The position numbers and the translations under genes are program-made. From an uncultured delta proteobacterium (GTDB lineage: Bacteria; Desulfobacterota; BSN033; UBA1163): a DNA stretch of 64,000 bases. Positions 22,639 through 33,236 of this stretch are shown piece after piece. Below the pieces are notes generated by a model. It saw only the letters and a program-made list of their open reading frames with translations. It ran no database searches and had not been told where the DNA came from. The stretch lies in NCBI GenBank assembly GCA_963708295.1, contig CAVPSJ010000011.1, forward strand, positions 224,001-288,000, in the 5' to 3' direction. Within the stretch, counting starts at the first letter, position 1, and the number at the start of each line of letters is the position of its first letter.

Positions 22639-23163
22639 TTAAGAAGCCAGTTCCAGGTTGAGGTAAAGATAGTCTTTCCAGGGATCAGGGGTCTCTTTGA
22701 TTCCAAGACTCATCGGCAGGAGGGGTATCCAGATAGGTGCCCTGGGCTTTCGGATCAGCGACATCCCTGCTTCCTCGGGTGTTCTCCCGCCCTTTTTGAG
22801 ATTACAGGTCGTGCAACAGGTCACCACATTTGTCCATTCTGTCTGTCCGCCTTTAGACCGTGGGATGACATGGTCGTACGTCAATTCTTTGTGTTCAAAC
22901 GGCGTGCCGCAGTACTGGCATTTTCCCCGGTCCCGGACATAAAGATTCTGTCGTGAAAACTTAACGATGGGGGTTCTTCTCCTGATCAAACGATTTAATC
23001 GAATCACAGCAGGAAGCCTCAACGAGAAGCGGACGCCTCGAATCATACGGTCGTACTCTTCGATCACTTCCACTTTTTCCAGCGTCATCATGACGACGGC
23101 CTTTTTCCAGGTTACCACTTTGAGTGGTTCAAAAGTGGAGTTGAGCAGTAGTGTCCATTCCAT
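22639..23163 (-). CDS. HNH endonuclease (McrA-like, stand-alone)
   Basis: RDRGKCQYCG...DHVIPRSKGG...NVVTCCTTCNLKKG. Confidence 0.93.
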   Translation of the reverse strand: MEWTLLLNSTFEPLKVVTWKKAVVMMTLEKVEVIEEYDRMIRGVRFSLRLPAVIRLNRLIRRRTPIVKFSRQNLYVRDRGKCQYCGTPFEHKELTYDHVIPRSKGGQTEWTNVVTCCTTCNLKKGGRTPEEAGMSLIRKPRAPIWIPLLPMSLGIKETPDPWKDYLYLNLELAS

Positions 23164-23259
23164 GGTTTAATGATCACCCGGAATATTCCCTTGAAGTTTG
23201 AGTACATATATCGACTTTTGAATCAATTGTCAAGTTTTTTGAGGAGCGTTTGCCTAGTT

Positions 23260-23570
23260 CTTCGTCACCCGTGATCCCGGGAAGGAACCCCAGCCCCTTG
23301 CCAAACCTTAATCCTTAATCCTTGATACCGACGAGGTTCCCCTGCAACATTTGGCCATGGCCGCGTCCAAAGAATTCGGGACGGAACGTGCCCCACCCCG
23401 CCAAAGACGGAGAGGCGGGACCAGGGGGCACAATTGGATGAGAATACATTGCCCCTGCAGCAGGAGCGCCACCCCTAAAGGGGCAAGCTTCAAACTCGCT
23501 CCCTCTGGGTTGGCAACGACTCTGTCCCCGGAAGAAAAAACCGGACCAGGACAGGTTTGGAGGAGCGAGA
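23260..23570. ncRNA. Candidate structured non-coding element A (unassigned)
   Basis: Three consecutive GC-rich domains closed by perfect 7-8 bp stems; no credible ORF. Confidence 0.5.
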
Positions 23571-23633
23571 ATTAGAGTTACATTCAAATCATTTCGTGAT
23601 AACCTTACATTAAGATACTTCGATCGGAGCAGA

Positions 23634-23729
23634 CCCCGTTAGAAAGTCTTCTGCTTTCTAATGGGAAGGCTCTCACAGGGCACTAAACCTCGCTTGCTGA
23701 AAAAGGAATGCTTTTCCTTTCTAACGGGG
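23634..23729. repeat. CCCCGTTAGAAAG...CTTTCTAACGGGG inverted repeat element
   Basis: 13-bp terminal inverted repeats; a half copy CCCCGTTAGAA also occurs at ~53674. Confidence 0.7.
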
Positions 23730-23737
23730 CAGAGATA

Positions 23738-24493
23738 TTGGAGGAGCTCATCGTTATCGGTTCCGGAACAGGCGTCCCCACTTTAAGAAGAGGGGCTCCC
23801 GGCGTTATCGTTTTCTCGGACAGTACCCGTTTCTTGATCGACAGTGGTTCTGGAACATTGAGGAGGATGTTAGAGGTTGGAGTGACTTGTCGAGATCCCG
23901 ACCTTCTCCTCTATACCCACATTCACCCGGACCATGTTTCTGACCTGGTTCCCATTATTTTTGCCACGAAGTACGCAGATCAGCCTCGGGAAAAAGAGTT
24001 AGTGTGCGTGGGAGGACCCGGTTTTGAGTCTTATTTTGAAAAATTGAAGAATCTTTATGGCTCCTGGATTGAGCCCCGATCTTACCCATTGACCATCAAA
24101 GAGATTTCTCAAGAAACACTCGTCTACCGTGACCTGAAAATCTTGTCAAGCCCTATGGCTCATATTCCCGAGAGCATTGGGTATCGAATCGAGTTTAAGG
24201 GTGGCAAGACCATGGCCATCTCCGGGGACACGGATTATTGCCAAAATATAATCGATCTAGCCTTTGAAGTAGACCTGCTGGTTCTCGAGTGCTCCTTCCC
24301 GGAGGGCAAAAAAGTAGAAGGCCACCTTACCCCTTCGCTTGCCGGGAGAATTGGACTCGAATCGCGATGCAAAAAGCTGCTGCTCACCCATTTCTACCCG
24401 GTGTGTGATCAATTCGATCTCTTGAATCCATGTCGGCAGGTCTACCCGGGTCCGATCATTCTGGGGGAGGACTTGATGAGGATTAAAATTTGA
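23738..24493 (+). CDS. MBL-fold metallohydrolase, RNase Z/ElaC-like
   Basis: IGSGTG, THIHPDH, ISGDT, ECS, GHL and LTHFY motifs. Confidence 0.88.
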   Translation: MEELIVIGSGTGVPTLRRGAPGVIVFSDSTRFLIDSGSGTLRRMLEVGVTCRDPDLLLYTHIHPDHVSDLVPIIFATKYADQPREKELVCVGGPGFESYFEKLKNLYGSWIEPRSYPLTIKEISQETLVYRDLKILSSPMAHIPESIGYRIEFKGGKTMAISGDTDYCQNIIDLAFEVDLLVLECSFPEGKKVEGHLTPSLAGRIGLESRCKKLLLTHFYPVCDQFDLLNPCRQVYPGPIILGEDLMRIKI

Positions 24494-24516
24494 CAATCAC
24501 CCTCTTTTAGGATAAT

Positions 24517-25836
24517 TTGTCTCCAGGAGGTAAATCCTTGAAAAGATATAAAGGTTTAATATTGCTCTCGCTGTTTTCCCTGGTTGTTTTTGCCTCACCG
24601 ACGATAAGCCAGGAAAAGGCGCCCGTCTTTACGATTGAAATAGATGCCATCATCAACCCCGCCATCGCCAAATTCATCGTCGATTCCATTGATCAGGCGA
24701 CTCAGCAAGGCGCCCAATGTCTGATCATTCAGCTCGATACCCCCGGAGGGCTGATGGAGTCGATGAGGATCATCGTAAAAAAAGAGCTCTCCTCCACTAT
24801 CCCGATCATCGTCTATGTGGCCCCGGGTGGGGCAAGGGCGGCTTCTGCCGGTGTTTTCATCACCATGGCGGCGAATATCGCCGTCATGGCTCCCGGAACT
24901 CATATCGGAGCAGCTCATCCGGTCAACTTGGGCGGGGGTGAAGCGAAAGAAAGCAAAACGATGACAGAAAAGATCGTCAACGATACGGTTGCTTTTGTCA
25001 AGAACATCGCCAAGACTCGAGGGAGAAATGCGGATTGGGCTGAAAAAGCAGTAGTCAAAAGTGTTTCCATCACTGACGAAGAAGCGGTTAAACTCAATGT
25101 CGTTGATTTTATTAGCCCAGATATTACAAGCCTTCTCACCCAGATTGACGGGAAGGTTGTAAAATTCAACGGAGTCACCCGGACCCTTCAGACGAAAGGA
25201 GTTCATCCCCAGCCCATTGAGATGAGCTGGCGAGAAAAGCTCCTCGATATCATCTCTAATCCGACCATTGCTTATATTCTCCTCATGCTGGGAATTTATG
25301 GTATCTATTTTGAGCTCTCAAGTCCTGGTGCCATTCTCCCCGGGGTGGTCGGTGGAATCTTTCTTATACTCGCCTTTTATGCGTTACACATGCTTCCGGT
25401 CAATTATGCAGGCTTAGCATTGATCTTCTTCGGCATACTCCTGTTTATTGCGGAGATCAAGGTGGTCAGCCATGGGTTGTTAGCCGTCGGTGGCGTCATC
25501 TCCCTTTTCTTAGGTTCCATGATGTTATTTCGAAGTTCGGCTGAATACTTGAGGGTTTCGATGAGTGTCATTATCCCCGCAGTCCTGGTGAGTGCAGCAT
25601 TCTTTATTTTTGCAGTGACGAGAGCCATCAATGCACGCTTGAAAAAACCAACCACAGGCATGGAAGGCCTCATCGGAGAAGTAGGAATCGTTTCCACACC
25701 GATTACCCCTGAAGGAAAAGTATCTCTTCACGGAGAATTCTGGAACGCGACGAGCGACCAGGAGTTGAACGAAGGAGAGAAGGTTCAAGTCATCGGAATA
25801 GTCAATTTGAAGCTAAAGGTCAAAAAAATTCAGTAA
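24517..25836 (+). CDS. nfeD: NfeD family membrane serine protease
   Basis: LDTPGG, AASAG and GAAHPV motifs; TM region; C-terminal HGEFW OB-fold. Confidence 0.93.
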   Translation: MSPGGKSLKRYKGLILLSLFSLVVFASPTISQEKAPVFTIEIDAIINPAIAKFIVDSIDQATQQGAQCLIIQLDTPGGLMESMRIIVKKELSSTIPIIVYVAPGGARAASAGVFITMAANIAVMAPGTHIGAAHPVNLGGGEAKESKTMTEKIVNDTVAFVKNIAKTRGRNADWAEKAVVKSVSITDEEAVKLNVVDFISPDITSLLTQIDGKVVKFNGVTRTLQTKGVHPQPIEMSWREKLLDIISNPTIAYILLMLGIYGIYFELSSPGAILPGVVGGIFLILAFYALHMLPVNYAGLALIFFGILLFIAEIKVVSHGLLAVGGVISLFLGSMMLFRSSAEYLRVSMSVIIPAVLVSAAFFIFAVTRAINARLKKPTTGMEGLIGEVGIVSTPITPEGKVSLHGEFWNATSDQELNEGEKVQVIGIVNLKLKVKKIQ

Positions 25837-25848
25837 GGAGGGAATAAA

Positions 25849-26604
25849 ATGGGTATGACGGGTCTTCCATCAGGTTTCTTTTTTCTCATTGTCTTTATAG
25901 TGATCGTCGCTGCCTCCGCAATCAAAATCCTTAGGGAATACGAACGGGGGGTTATCTTCCGACTGGGAAGGCTGATCGGCGCCAAAGGGCCGGGTATCAT
26001 TTTTATCATCCCGGGAATTGACAAACTAATGAGGATCAGCCTGAGATTGGTCACGCTGGACATCCCGCCCCAGGATGTCATCACCCGTGACAATATTTCC
26101 ATCAAGGTCAACGCCGTTGTCTATTTTCGCGTCATGGATCCAAATAAGGCGGTCGTCGAAGTGGAGAATTATCTTTATGCCACCTCCCAATTGGCTCAAA
26201 CCACACTTCGAAGCGTCGTGGGGCAGGCGGATTTAGATGAATTGCTCTCCCAGAGAGACAAAATCAACTTGAAACTCCAAGATATCTTAGATAAGCACAC
26301 AGAACCATGGGGAATCAAGGTCTCTCTGGTGGAAACCAAACAGGTAGATCTGCCGGAGAATATGCAGCGGGCCATTGCCCGCCAGGCAGAGGCGGAAAGG
26401 GAGAAGAGAGCCAAAATCATCCATGCCGAGGGAGAATTCCAAGCTGCAGAAAAATTAACTCAGGCTGCCAATGTAATCAGTGTCAATCCCACAGCCCTCC
26501 AGCTAAGGTTCCTTCAGACCTTGGCGGAGATTGCCACGGAGAAGAACTCAACCACCATCTTCCCTGTGCCCATTGACATCATTAGTCCCTTTTTGAAAAA
26601 GTAG
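25849..26604 (+). CDS. Slipin/SPFH (stomatin-like) protein
   Basis: [21 protein letters not shown] and QAEAERE motifs; paired with nfeD. Confidence 0.93.
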   Translation: MGMTGLPSGFFFLIVFIVIVAASAIKILREYERGVIFRLGRLIGAKGPGIIFIIPGIDKLMRISLRLVTLDIPPQDVITRDNISIKVNAVVYFRVMDPNKAVVEVENYLYATSQLAQTTLRSVVGQADLDELLSQRDKINLKLQDILDKHTEPWGIKVSLVETKQVDLPENMQRAIARQAEAEREKRAKIIHAEGEFQAAEKLTQAANVISVNPTALQLRFLQTLAEIATEKNSTTIFPVPIDIISPFLKK

Positions 26605-26666
26605 TATGAACCATCTCGACCGTTTCCTTTCAAACCCCTCCTCCAGGACGACCTGGAGAAGGGGTT

Positions 26667-27425
26667 TCATTTCGTTTTTTTGCCTGCTCTCAGAGAGTGA
26701 TCCATTTGACTCCAGATGCCATGCAGAATTTGAGCTTCTCTCTCATCCATTTGGCTTCTTCCAAACAGCCTCCTCAAGACCCGCATGATTCGTTTGGAAT
26801 TATTCGAATCCAGGAACCCGATGCGAAGAAGCGTTTTTTCCATGTGTTCGAGCATCCTCTCCTGCTGCTCGGTCCGGGCCAAGCGAACCTCCCTTTTCGG
26901 AATCTCAGCCGAAGCTTTGAATAACTCATAAGAAACCACCATCACCGCTTGTGCAAGATTAAGAGAGGGAAAGGATTCCATGGACGGAATCCTGCTATAG
27001 AGATGACAGAGAGACAATTCCTCATTAGTCAATCCCTCTTTTTCCGATCCAAAGGCTAAGCCGATCAGATTCTTTTGAGAGATGGGAATGAGCTTTTTTG
27101 TCAAGGCTTCGAGTGCCAGATCCGGATTCCTCTCTTTTCCTCTGCGGGAAGTCATTCCGACCACACAGCCCATTTCCGAGATCGCCTCCCGGAGTGTCAT
27201 AAACTCCTCTGCTCTTTCCAGAACATCTTCCGCTCCCGAGGCTAGTTTATAAGCGTTGGCGAGGAGGGGGGAGCATCCGTTGACAACGGCCAACCGGCTT
27301 AACCCCATATTTTTCATCGCCCTGGCTACCGAACCAATGTTCTCAGGGAATCTGGGCCTGACCAAAATAATCCAGATGGAATCGAGACGCATTTTTCTTC
27401 TCATGGGCACTATTATAGCGACCAA
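26667..27425 (-). CDS. TrmJ/LasT family RNA methyltransferase (SPOUT)
   Basis: NIGSVARAMKNMG, FGSEKEGL and SLNLAQAV motifs. Confidence 0.9.
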   Translation of the reverse strand: MVAIIVPMRRKMRLDSIWIILVRPRFPENIGSVARAMKNMGLSRLAVVNGCSPLLANAYKLASGAEDVLERAEEFMTLREAISEMGCVVGMTSRRGKERNPDLALEALTKKLIPISQKNLIGLAFGSEKEGLTNEELSLCHLYSRIPSMESFPSLNLAQAVMVVSYELFKASAEIPKREVRLARTEQQERMLEHMEKTLLRIGFLDSNNSKRIMRVLRRLFGRSQMDEREAQILHGIWSQMDHSLRAGKKTK

Positions 27426-27497
27426 AAATAGCCTTGACTATCAATTTTTTTTATCTTAATTAGACTGCATCTATTTTCGGGAATAAAGAGGAAACAA

Positions 27498-28643
27498 TTG
27501 ATGAAGATGAAAGTCCCTTTTTTTGACCTGGCGGTTCAGGTGAAATCCATCGAAGATGAGATCCGGTCCGCCCTGGATGAAGTATTCCAGAACCAGCAGT
27601 TTATCATGGGACCCAAGGTAAAGGTTCTGGAGGAAACCATCGCTCAGTACTGTCAGACCCGCTATGCCGTCGGAGTGGCTTCCGGGTCAGATGCCCTGCT
27701 CCTCTCTTTGATGGCTTTAGGTGTTGGGACGGGCGACGAGGTCCTTCTCCCTCCTTTCACTTTCTTTGCGACCGCAGGATCGGTCTCTCGCCTCGGGGCC
27801 ACCCCTGTCTTTGTGGATATCGACCGGGAAACTTACAACATGGACCCTTCCAAGATCGAAGAGAAAGTGACGGCCAGAACGAAGGCGATCATCCCTGTCC
27901 ATCTTTTCGGACAATGCGCGGATATGGACCCTCTTCTACGAATCGCCCAGGAGAAGAAACTTTTTGTTATTGAGGACGCTGCCCAGGCTTTGGGTGCCGA
28001 GTATAAGCCCAAGGCTGGATCAAAGGGACGGCGCGCCGGGCAGATTGGCGATCTTGGATGTTTTTCCTTTTACCCAACCAAGAACCTGGGTGCCTTCGGA
28101 GACGCAGGCATGGTCATCACGGATCACCCCGATTTGGCAGAGAAAGTGAGACTGCTGAGAGTCCATGGAAGTCAGCCCAAGTATTTCCATAAGGCCATCG
28201 GGATCAACAGCCGTCTCGATACGATTCAAGCCGCCGTTCTTCTGGTGAAATTTAAATACCTCGAGAGATGGACCGCGGAAAGACAAAAGAAGGCTGAACG
28301 GTATCAGGCATTGTTCCAGGGCCTTCTCTCTTCGGTCGACGGGTTCAGGCTCCCGACCGTTCAAAATCAGAACCGTCATATCTTCCATCAGTATGTGATC
28401 CGTGTCCCAGAAAGAGACCGTTTGAGACAATTCCTGACAGAAGAAGGGGTTGGTACGGACATCTATTATCCCGTCCCCCTCCACCTCCAGGAATGTTACT
28501 CTTTTCTAAAATATCGTCGAGGAGACCTGCCAAATTCTGAGAAGGCCTCCGAAGAGGTGTTAGCTCTCCCCATTTATCCTGAGCTGACAGAGGATCAACA
28601 AACCCAAGTCGTCAGCCGGATCAAAGCCTTTTACAAGAAGTAG
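27498..28643 (+). CDS. DegT/DnrJ/EryC1/StrS PLP aminotransferase
   Basis: IEDAAQA and SFYPTKNLGAFGDAG motifs. Confidence 0.93.
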   Translation: MMKMKVPFFDLAVQVKSIEDEIRSALDEVFQNQQFIMGPKVKVLEETIAQYCQTRYAVGVASGSDALLLSLMALGVGTGDEVLLPPFTFFATAGSVSRLGATPVFVDIDRETYNMDPSKIEEKVTARTKAIIPVHLFGQCADMDPLLRIAQEKKLFVIEDAAQALGAEYKPKAGSKGRRAGQIGDLGCFSFYPTKNLGAFGDAGMVITDHPDLAEKVRLLRVHGSQPKYFHKAIGINSRLDTIQAAVLLVKFKYLERWTAERQKKAERYQALFQGLLSSVDGFRLPTVQNQNRHIFHQYVIRVPERDRLRQFLTEEGVGTDIYYPVPLHLQECYSFLKYRRGDLPNSEKASEEVLALPIYPELTEDQQTQVVSRIKAFYKK

Positions 28644-28660
28644 CCCGGGGAGACAGGGAT

Positions 28661-29989
28661 ATGAAGACGGCGCACATCGAAGAGCGACTGATCAGAAAGA
28701 TTCTTGGAAAAGACGCTTTGATCGGGATCATCGGCATGGGATATGTCGGCCTCCCTCTGGTGTTGAGGTTTTGTGAAGAGGACTTCAGGGTTTTGGGGTT
28801 TGATATCGATTCCAAAAAAGTCGCCTCCCTGAAGAGGGGGAAGAGCTATCTGAAATCAATCCTCTCCTCCCGGATTTCCCCATTTATCCGCAGCGGCCGT
28901 CTAACGGTGACCGATGACTTTTCCCGTCTCGAAGAACCTGATTGTATTTTGATTTGTGTGCCGACGCCGTTAACTGAAAAAATGGAGCCGGACCTCCAAT
29001 ATATAGAAAACACGACCGAGGCCATCCGCCAGAATCTCAGGAAAGGCCAACTGATTGTATTGGAAAGCACCACGTATCCGGGAACCACAGAGGAATTGCT
29101 CCTTCCCAAGTTGGAATCGACGGGCCTGAAAGTCGGAAAAGATTTCTTCTTGGCTTTCTCCCCGGAGAGAGAGGATCCAGGAAATAAACGATTCATGACA
29201 CATCAAATCCCCAAGGTCGTGGCCGGGGTCACTCCATCCTGCCAAAAGGGGGTTACCGCCCTGTACAGTCAAATCATCAAGAAGGTTGTTCCTGTTTCGT
29301 CCCCCCGAGTTGCAGAATTAACCAAGCTCCTCGAAAATATCTATCGTGCTGTAAACATTGCCTTGGTGAACGAATTGAAAATGTTGACGGATCGAATGGG
29401 AATTGATATCTGGGAAGTCATCGAGGCCGCCAGCACCAAACCCTTTGGGTTTTCACCCTTCTATCCGGGCCCCGGAATGGGGGGCCACTGCATTCCCATT
29501 GATCCCTATTATCTCTCCTGGAAGGCTCGAGAGTACGATTTCACGACAAGATTTATCTTCTTGGCAGGAGAAATTAATGTCCACGTTCCTTACTATGTGG
29601 TCGCAAAGGTACAGGATGCTCTCAACATGAGGGGGAAGAGTATCAAGGGAGCCAAAATTCTGATTCTGGGGGTCGCCTACAAGAAGGACGTCGACGACGC
29701 CAGGGAATCCCCCGCCCTGGCCATCATGGACCTGCTTCGGAAAAAAGGAGCCGTACTTCTCTATCACGATCCCTACATCCCAATCCTTCCCTCTTTTAGA
29801 AAATACTCTTTTGATCTAAAATCGTCCCCTCTGACAGAGAAGGTGCTTGGCAGGGTCGATGCCGCCGTGGTCGTCACGGACCACAGTGTTGATTATCAAC
29901 GGATTGTCAAGCTCGTCCCCCTCATCATCGATACCCGGAATGTCACGAAAGGATTGGACCGATACAAGAAGAAAATCGTCAAAGCTTGA
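28661..29989 (+). CDS. UDP-N-acetylglucosamine 6-dehydrogenase-type nucleotide-sugar dehydrogenase
   Basis: GMGYVG, ESTTYPGTT, SPER, GGHCIP and YKKDVDDARES motifs. Confidence 0.92.
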   Translation: MKTAHIEERLIRKILGKDALIGIIGMGYVGLPLVLRFCEEDFRVLGFDIDSKKVASLKRGKSYLKSILSSRISPFIRSGRLTVTDDFSRLEEPDCILICVPTPLTEKMEPDLQYIENTTEAIRQNLRKGQLIVLESTTYPGTTEELLLPKLESTGLKVGKDFFLAFSPEREDPGNKRFMTHQIPKVVAGVTPSCQKGVTALYSQIIKKVVPVSSPRVAELTKLLENIYRAVNIALVNELKMLTDRMGIDIWEVIEAASTKPFGFSPFYPGPGMGGHCIPIDPYYLSWKAREYDFTTRFIFLAGEINVHVPYYVVAKVQDALNMRGKSIKGAKILILGVAYKKDVDDARESPALAIMDLLRKKGAVLLYHDPYIPILPSFRKYSFDLKSSPLTEKVLGRVDAAVVVTDHSVDYQRIVKLVPLIIDTRNVTKGLDRYKKKIVKA

Positions 29990-30036
29990 TCCGAAAACCC
30001 TGGCCTGCTCCGCCTGCTATTGAAACCCATGGCCGC

Positions 30037-31470
30037 TTAAACGTTCGTCTCAAAGGTTTCCGAGGCCCCTTCCAAAGCCAGGGCATGCCGGGCCGCTCGG
30101 CCCAATTCTCGATCGAAACGATGAGTGGGTGCGTAGACCCGGCAGATAGCCACTTTGGCTGGAATATATTGAAATAGTCTTCTAAGGGGTTCCCTCGATA
30201 TTCTTTTGACCCCTGGGTCGAAAATGCGAAGCGTTCCCTCCGCCGACTCATGCCAGGGGTTGAAGGGCCTCGGGTCGTGGTGAGCCATGTCGACGTGGAA
30301 CTCCAACCCTTTCAGGTGTCTCGGCAAAAAGTCTGTGATCCTCTGCTTGACTTCCTCCGGTTTCAAAAAGATCGGTCGTCCCGTTTCCATTTCTCTCAGG
30401 GTCAGCTTCTCCTCAAAGATGCTACTCCACTTCAATTTTCTCGAGAGCACCTCTGCCCACTTTTCCCCCAACTGCCTTTCGAGAGGCGACAGAGATCCTT
30501 TCCATTCCAAAACTCTTTCCATCACAAACCAGTCGGTGAGCAGGAGGTATCGATCGATTTCCTCCATCGGATGGAAGGGACAAAGAATTTCCATCGTCGG
30601 TTTAAATATCTCCTGCAACTGAAGATCGATGGCGCGCGTCGTACGGTGATAATAAACGTTCGAATAGAGGTAGAGACGCGCATTGAGAAACATGGCCAAT
30701 GCATCTAATCCCCTCTTGTCCAAGATCAGGCCCTCTTTACTAAAGGAAGTGTAGTAGAGGAGCCGCCGCCAATCCACCGGACCGATGGACACACCCGTCA
30801 TGTAAGCATCCCGAAGAACATAATCGATATTATCAAACGTAAAGATCCCCCGAAAAAGTTGCTGAAGGAAGTTCAGCCACCTCGGATGTTTTCGGCCCTC
30901 CTTCTTTTCAGGCCTTTTGATCAGAAAGGTGATCTGCTCAGGATCCAGGATTTCTCCCTTTCTGAACAGACCTCTGGGACTACGCCGAATCCCTTTGATC
31001 AGAGAAGCCATTTTTTCCCGGATGATCAACTGCCCCATCCCCTCATGATTGGTATGAAATCGAGAAAGATATTGTTCATCAAAGAAATGGCAGAAAGGGC
31101 CGTGTCCGATATCATGGAGAAGCCCGGCTAGCCGAAGGAGTTCCTGCAAATAAGGGAAAGAGGGAAGTTCTGTTTTGAAGATCTTGAAGAGAGAGGGATA
31201 AATCTGCTCAGAGAAAGTCCCTGCGACATGCATGGTTCCGAGGGAGTGTTGAAAACGAGTATGTTCGGCCGCCGGAAACACCCAACGAGCGCTCTGCAGC
31301 TGGAAGATTCGGCGAAGGCGCTGGACCCAGGGCGTATCGATCACACCTCGTTCTGTTTCCTCCCCTTCGATCCGGTCCGTCATCACAATGTAATGATAAA
31401 CAGGATCTGCGATCAATCCGGTTCCCTGGGTGACCTCTGCCTCTTTCATGTCCGTGAAACCCCTTTTCAT
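30037..31470 (-). CDS. HD-domain phosphohydrolase (SAMHD1/YwfO-like dNTPase family)
   Basis: [34 protein letters not shown] and VYYH motifs. Confidence 0.9.
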   Translation of the reverse strand: MKRGFTDMKEAEVTQGTGLIADPVYHYIVMTDRIEGEETERGVIDTPWVQRLRRIFQLQSARWVFPAAEHTRFQHSLGTMHVAGTFSEQIYPSLFKIFKTELPSFPYLQELLRLAGLLHDIGHGPFCHFFDEQYLSRFHTNHEGMGQLIIREKMASLIKGIRRSPRGLFRKGEILDPEQITFLIKRPEKKEGRKHPRWLNFLQQLFRGIFTFDNIDYVLRDAYMTGVSIGPVDWRRLLYYTSFSKEGLILDKRGLDALAMFLNARLYLYSNVYYHRTTRAIDLQLQEIFKPTMEILCPFHPMEEIDRYLLLTDWFVMERVLEWKGSLSPLERQLGEKWAEVLSRKLKWSSIFEEKLTLREMETGRPIFLKPEEVKQRITDFLPRHLKGLEFHVDMAHHDPRPFNPWHESAEGTLRIFDPGVKRISREPLRRLFQYIPAKVAICRVYAPTHRFDRELGRAARHALALEGASETFETNV

Positions 31471-31697
31471 GATTCATGGTCAGAAGGTTCGTCCCCTTTT
31501 TCCTTGTCCTCGGGATGTATGAATCTCACCTTTTCAGCAGCGACCTCCCGAAGGGCTGTGACAATAGGCCTGTTATCCGCCTCGACCAACGGCTTGGCAC
31601 CCTTCATGATCATTTTGGCCCTTCTTGCCGCCAGGATTACCAGTTCAAACCGGCTCTCCACTGTCTTCAGACAATCTTCTACGGTGATTCTAGCCAT
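31467..31697 (-). CDS. rpoZ: RNA polymerase omega subunit
   Basis: [10 protein letters not shown]...[12 protein letters not shown]. Confidence 0.95.
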   Translation of the reverse strand: MARITVEDCLKTVESRFELVILAARRAKMIMKGAKPLVEADNRPIVTALREVAAEKVRFIHPEDKEKGDEPSDHES

Positions 31698-32361
31698 CTT
31701 TTTCCTCCCATTGTTTTATATTTGCCTCCAGGATCGGATTCTTATCCCTTCGACATCGTTCTGCAATAATAATCGATTTCAGTTTCCCAAGGGCATCCTC
31801 AAGGCTATCATTGACGATCACGTAACGGTACCCGTAGGCCTCTTCCATATCTTTTCTGGCATGGGACAATCGAAACTTGACCCTTTCAAGGGAGTCCACC
31901 CCTCTGTTGATCAATCGTTCTTTGAGGACCCTTAAGGAAGGGGGGAGGAGATAAATCAAAACGGGCTGGGCAATCTCTTTCGTGACTTTCTTCGCTCCCT
32001 GGGTATCGATATCCAGGATGAGGTCGACCCCCTCCAGTTCCATTTTCTTCAAATCGGGCCGAGGCGTCCCATACCGGTTTCCCAATACCTCCGCCCACTC
32101 CAGGAAATCATTCCTTTCCACCATCTTCTGAAATGAGGCGTGGGAAACGAAATGGTAGTCCTCTCCCTCTCTCTCATCGGGCCGGGGCAAACGGGTCGTA
32201 AAGGATACAGAGAATCGGAGGCCCGGCAACTGATGGATCACCTCTCTGACCAAGGTGGTCTTCCCGGTCCCTGAGGGCGCTGAGATGATGAAAACCAGTC
32301 CAACCCCCCTTTCTTTCATCTCGTGCTCAAACCCGAAACCCTTTTCGTAGATGAAACTCAT
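31690..32361 (-). CDS. gmk: Guanylate kinase (true start possibly 32319)
   Basis: [23 protein letters not shown] and DIDTQG motifs. Confidence 0.95.
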   Translation of the reverse strand: MSFIYEKGFGFEHEMKERGVGLVFIISAPSGTGKTTLVREVIHQLPGLRFSVSFTTRLPRPDEREGEDYHFVSHASFQKMVERNDFLEWAEVLGNRYGTPRPDLKKMELEGVDLILDIDTQGAKKVTKEIAQPVLIYLLPPSLRVLKERLINRGVDSLERVKFRLSHARKDMEEAYGYRYVIVNDSLEDALGKLKSIIIAERCRRDKNPILEANIKQWEEKDG

Positions 32362-33236
32362 TCGACGTTCTGCACCTGTTCCCGAATCTTTTCCAGTTCA
32401 GACTTGATCTCTACCACTCTCTGCGAGATCTCTGCATCATTCGCCTTGGCGCTGACGGTGTTCACCTCGCGATGAATCTCCTGAAGCAAGAAATCCATCT
32501 TCCGACCCACGGGGTCATTCCCTTCTAACAAACCCCTGAATTGGGCCAAGTGACTCTCGGCCCTGACAGTCTCTTCGGTGATGTCGGTCCGTTCTGCCAG
32601 GAAGGCGACCTCCTGTTGAAAACGCGAGGGGTCAGTGTCCAACCCCTCCAAAAGAGATCGAAGTCTATCCTGAAGCCGAGTCAGGAAGGCCCTGAGGCGT
32701 AAGGGAAATTGTTGTTTGATCATTTGCAGCTGCTCGGCAATGTTCTTCAGGCGTTGCTGTAAATCTTCGGTAAGTGATTCCCCTTCCAATCGTTTCATGT
32801 CATCCATGTTCTTAAGAGATTGCTTCAGGACGGGAAGAATCTCCTGCCAGTAAGGTTCTATATCCCCCAATTCTTCTCTCGCGACGATCACATCTTTCGC
32901 TCCAGCCAATAAGTTCAACGTAATCTCGTCCTTCAGCCGAAGCCTCTCTTTCAGGTCATGAAGGACCTGGTAATATTGCTCAGCTAAGTCGAGGTCGACT
33001 GTAAGTTGAACTTTATCCTCCCCGGCGTTGTCCAGCCTAAGGGAAACGTCAACCCTTCCTCTCGACACCTGGGACCGGATGATCTCCTTCATGCGATTTT
33101 CGAAAAGATTTAGCCGCTTGGGAAGTTTGATGTTGATGTCACTGTATCGATGATTTACGGAGCGAGACTCCACAACCACCTTCCCCAAGGTCGTATCCCC
33201 TTCTCCTCTTCCAAACCCTGTCATCGATTTCAGCAT
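32358..33236 (-). CDS. yicC: YicC/YloC family endoribonuclease
   Basis: MLKSMTGFG, RSVNHR and GRKMDFLLQE...REQVQNVE. Confidence 0.94.
   Translation of the reverse strand: MLKSMTGFGRGEGDTTLGKVVVESRSVNHRYSDINIKLPKRLNLFENRMKEIIRSQVSRGRVDVSLRLDNAGEDKVQLTVDLDLAEQYYQVLHDLKERLRLKDEITLNLLAGAKDVIVAREELGDIEPYWQEILPVLKQSLKNMDDMKRLEGESLTEDLQQRLKNIAEQLQMIKQQFPLRLRAFLTRLQDRLRSLLEGLDTDPSRFQQEVAFLAERTDITEETVRAESHLAQFRGLLEGNDPVGRKMDFLLQEIHREVNTVSAKANDAEISQRVVEIKSELEKIREQVQNVE

Noticed and set aside
23449-23570. tRNA-Sec (selC), suggested by a CTTCAAA loop in a selB-positive genome
   Set aside because: No TTCGA T-arm, no acceptor stem and no proper D-arm; the anticodon-like stem has a mismatch
22639-23570. 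IscB/Cas9-like OMEGA (HEARO) system
   Set aside because: The protein is only 174 aa with no PLMP or RuvC motifs, has its own promoter, and shows no IS200/IS605 ends; only the unexplained adjacency is kept as a finding
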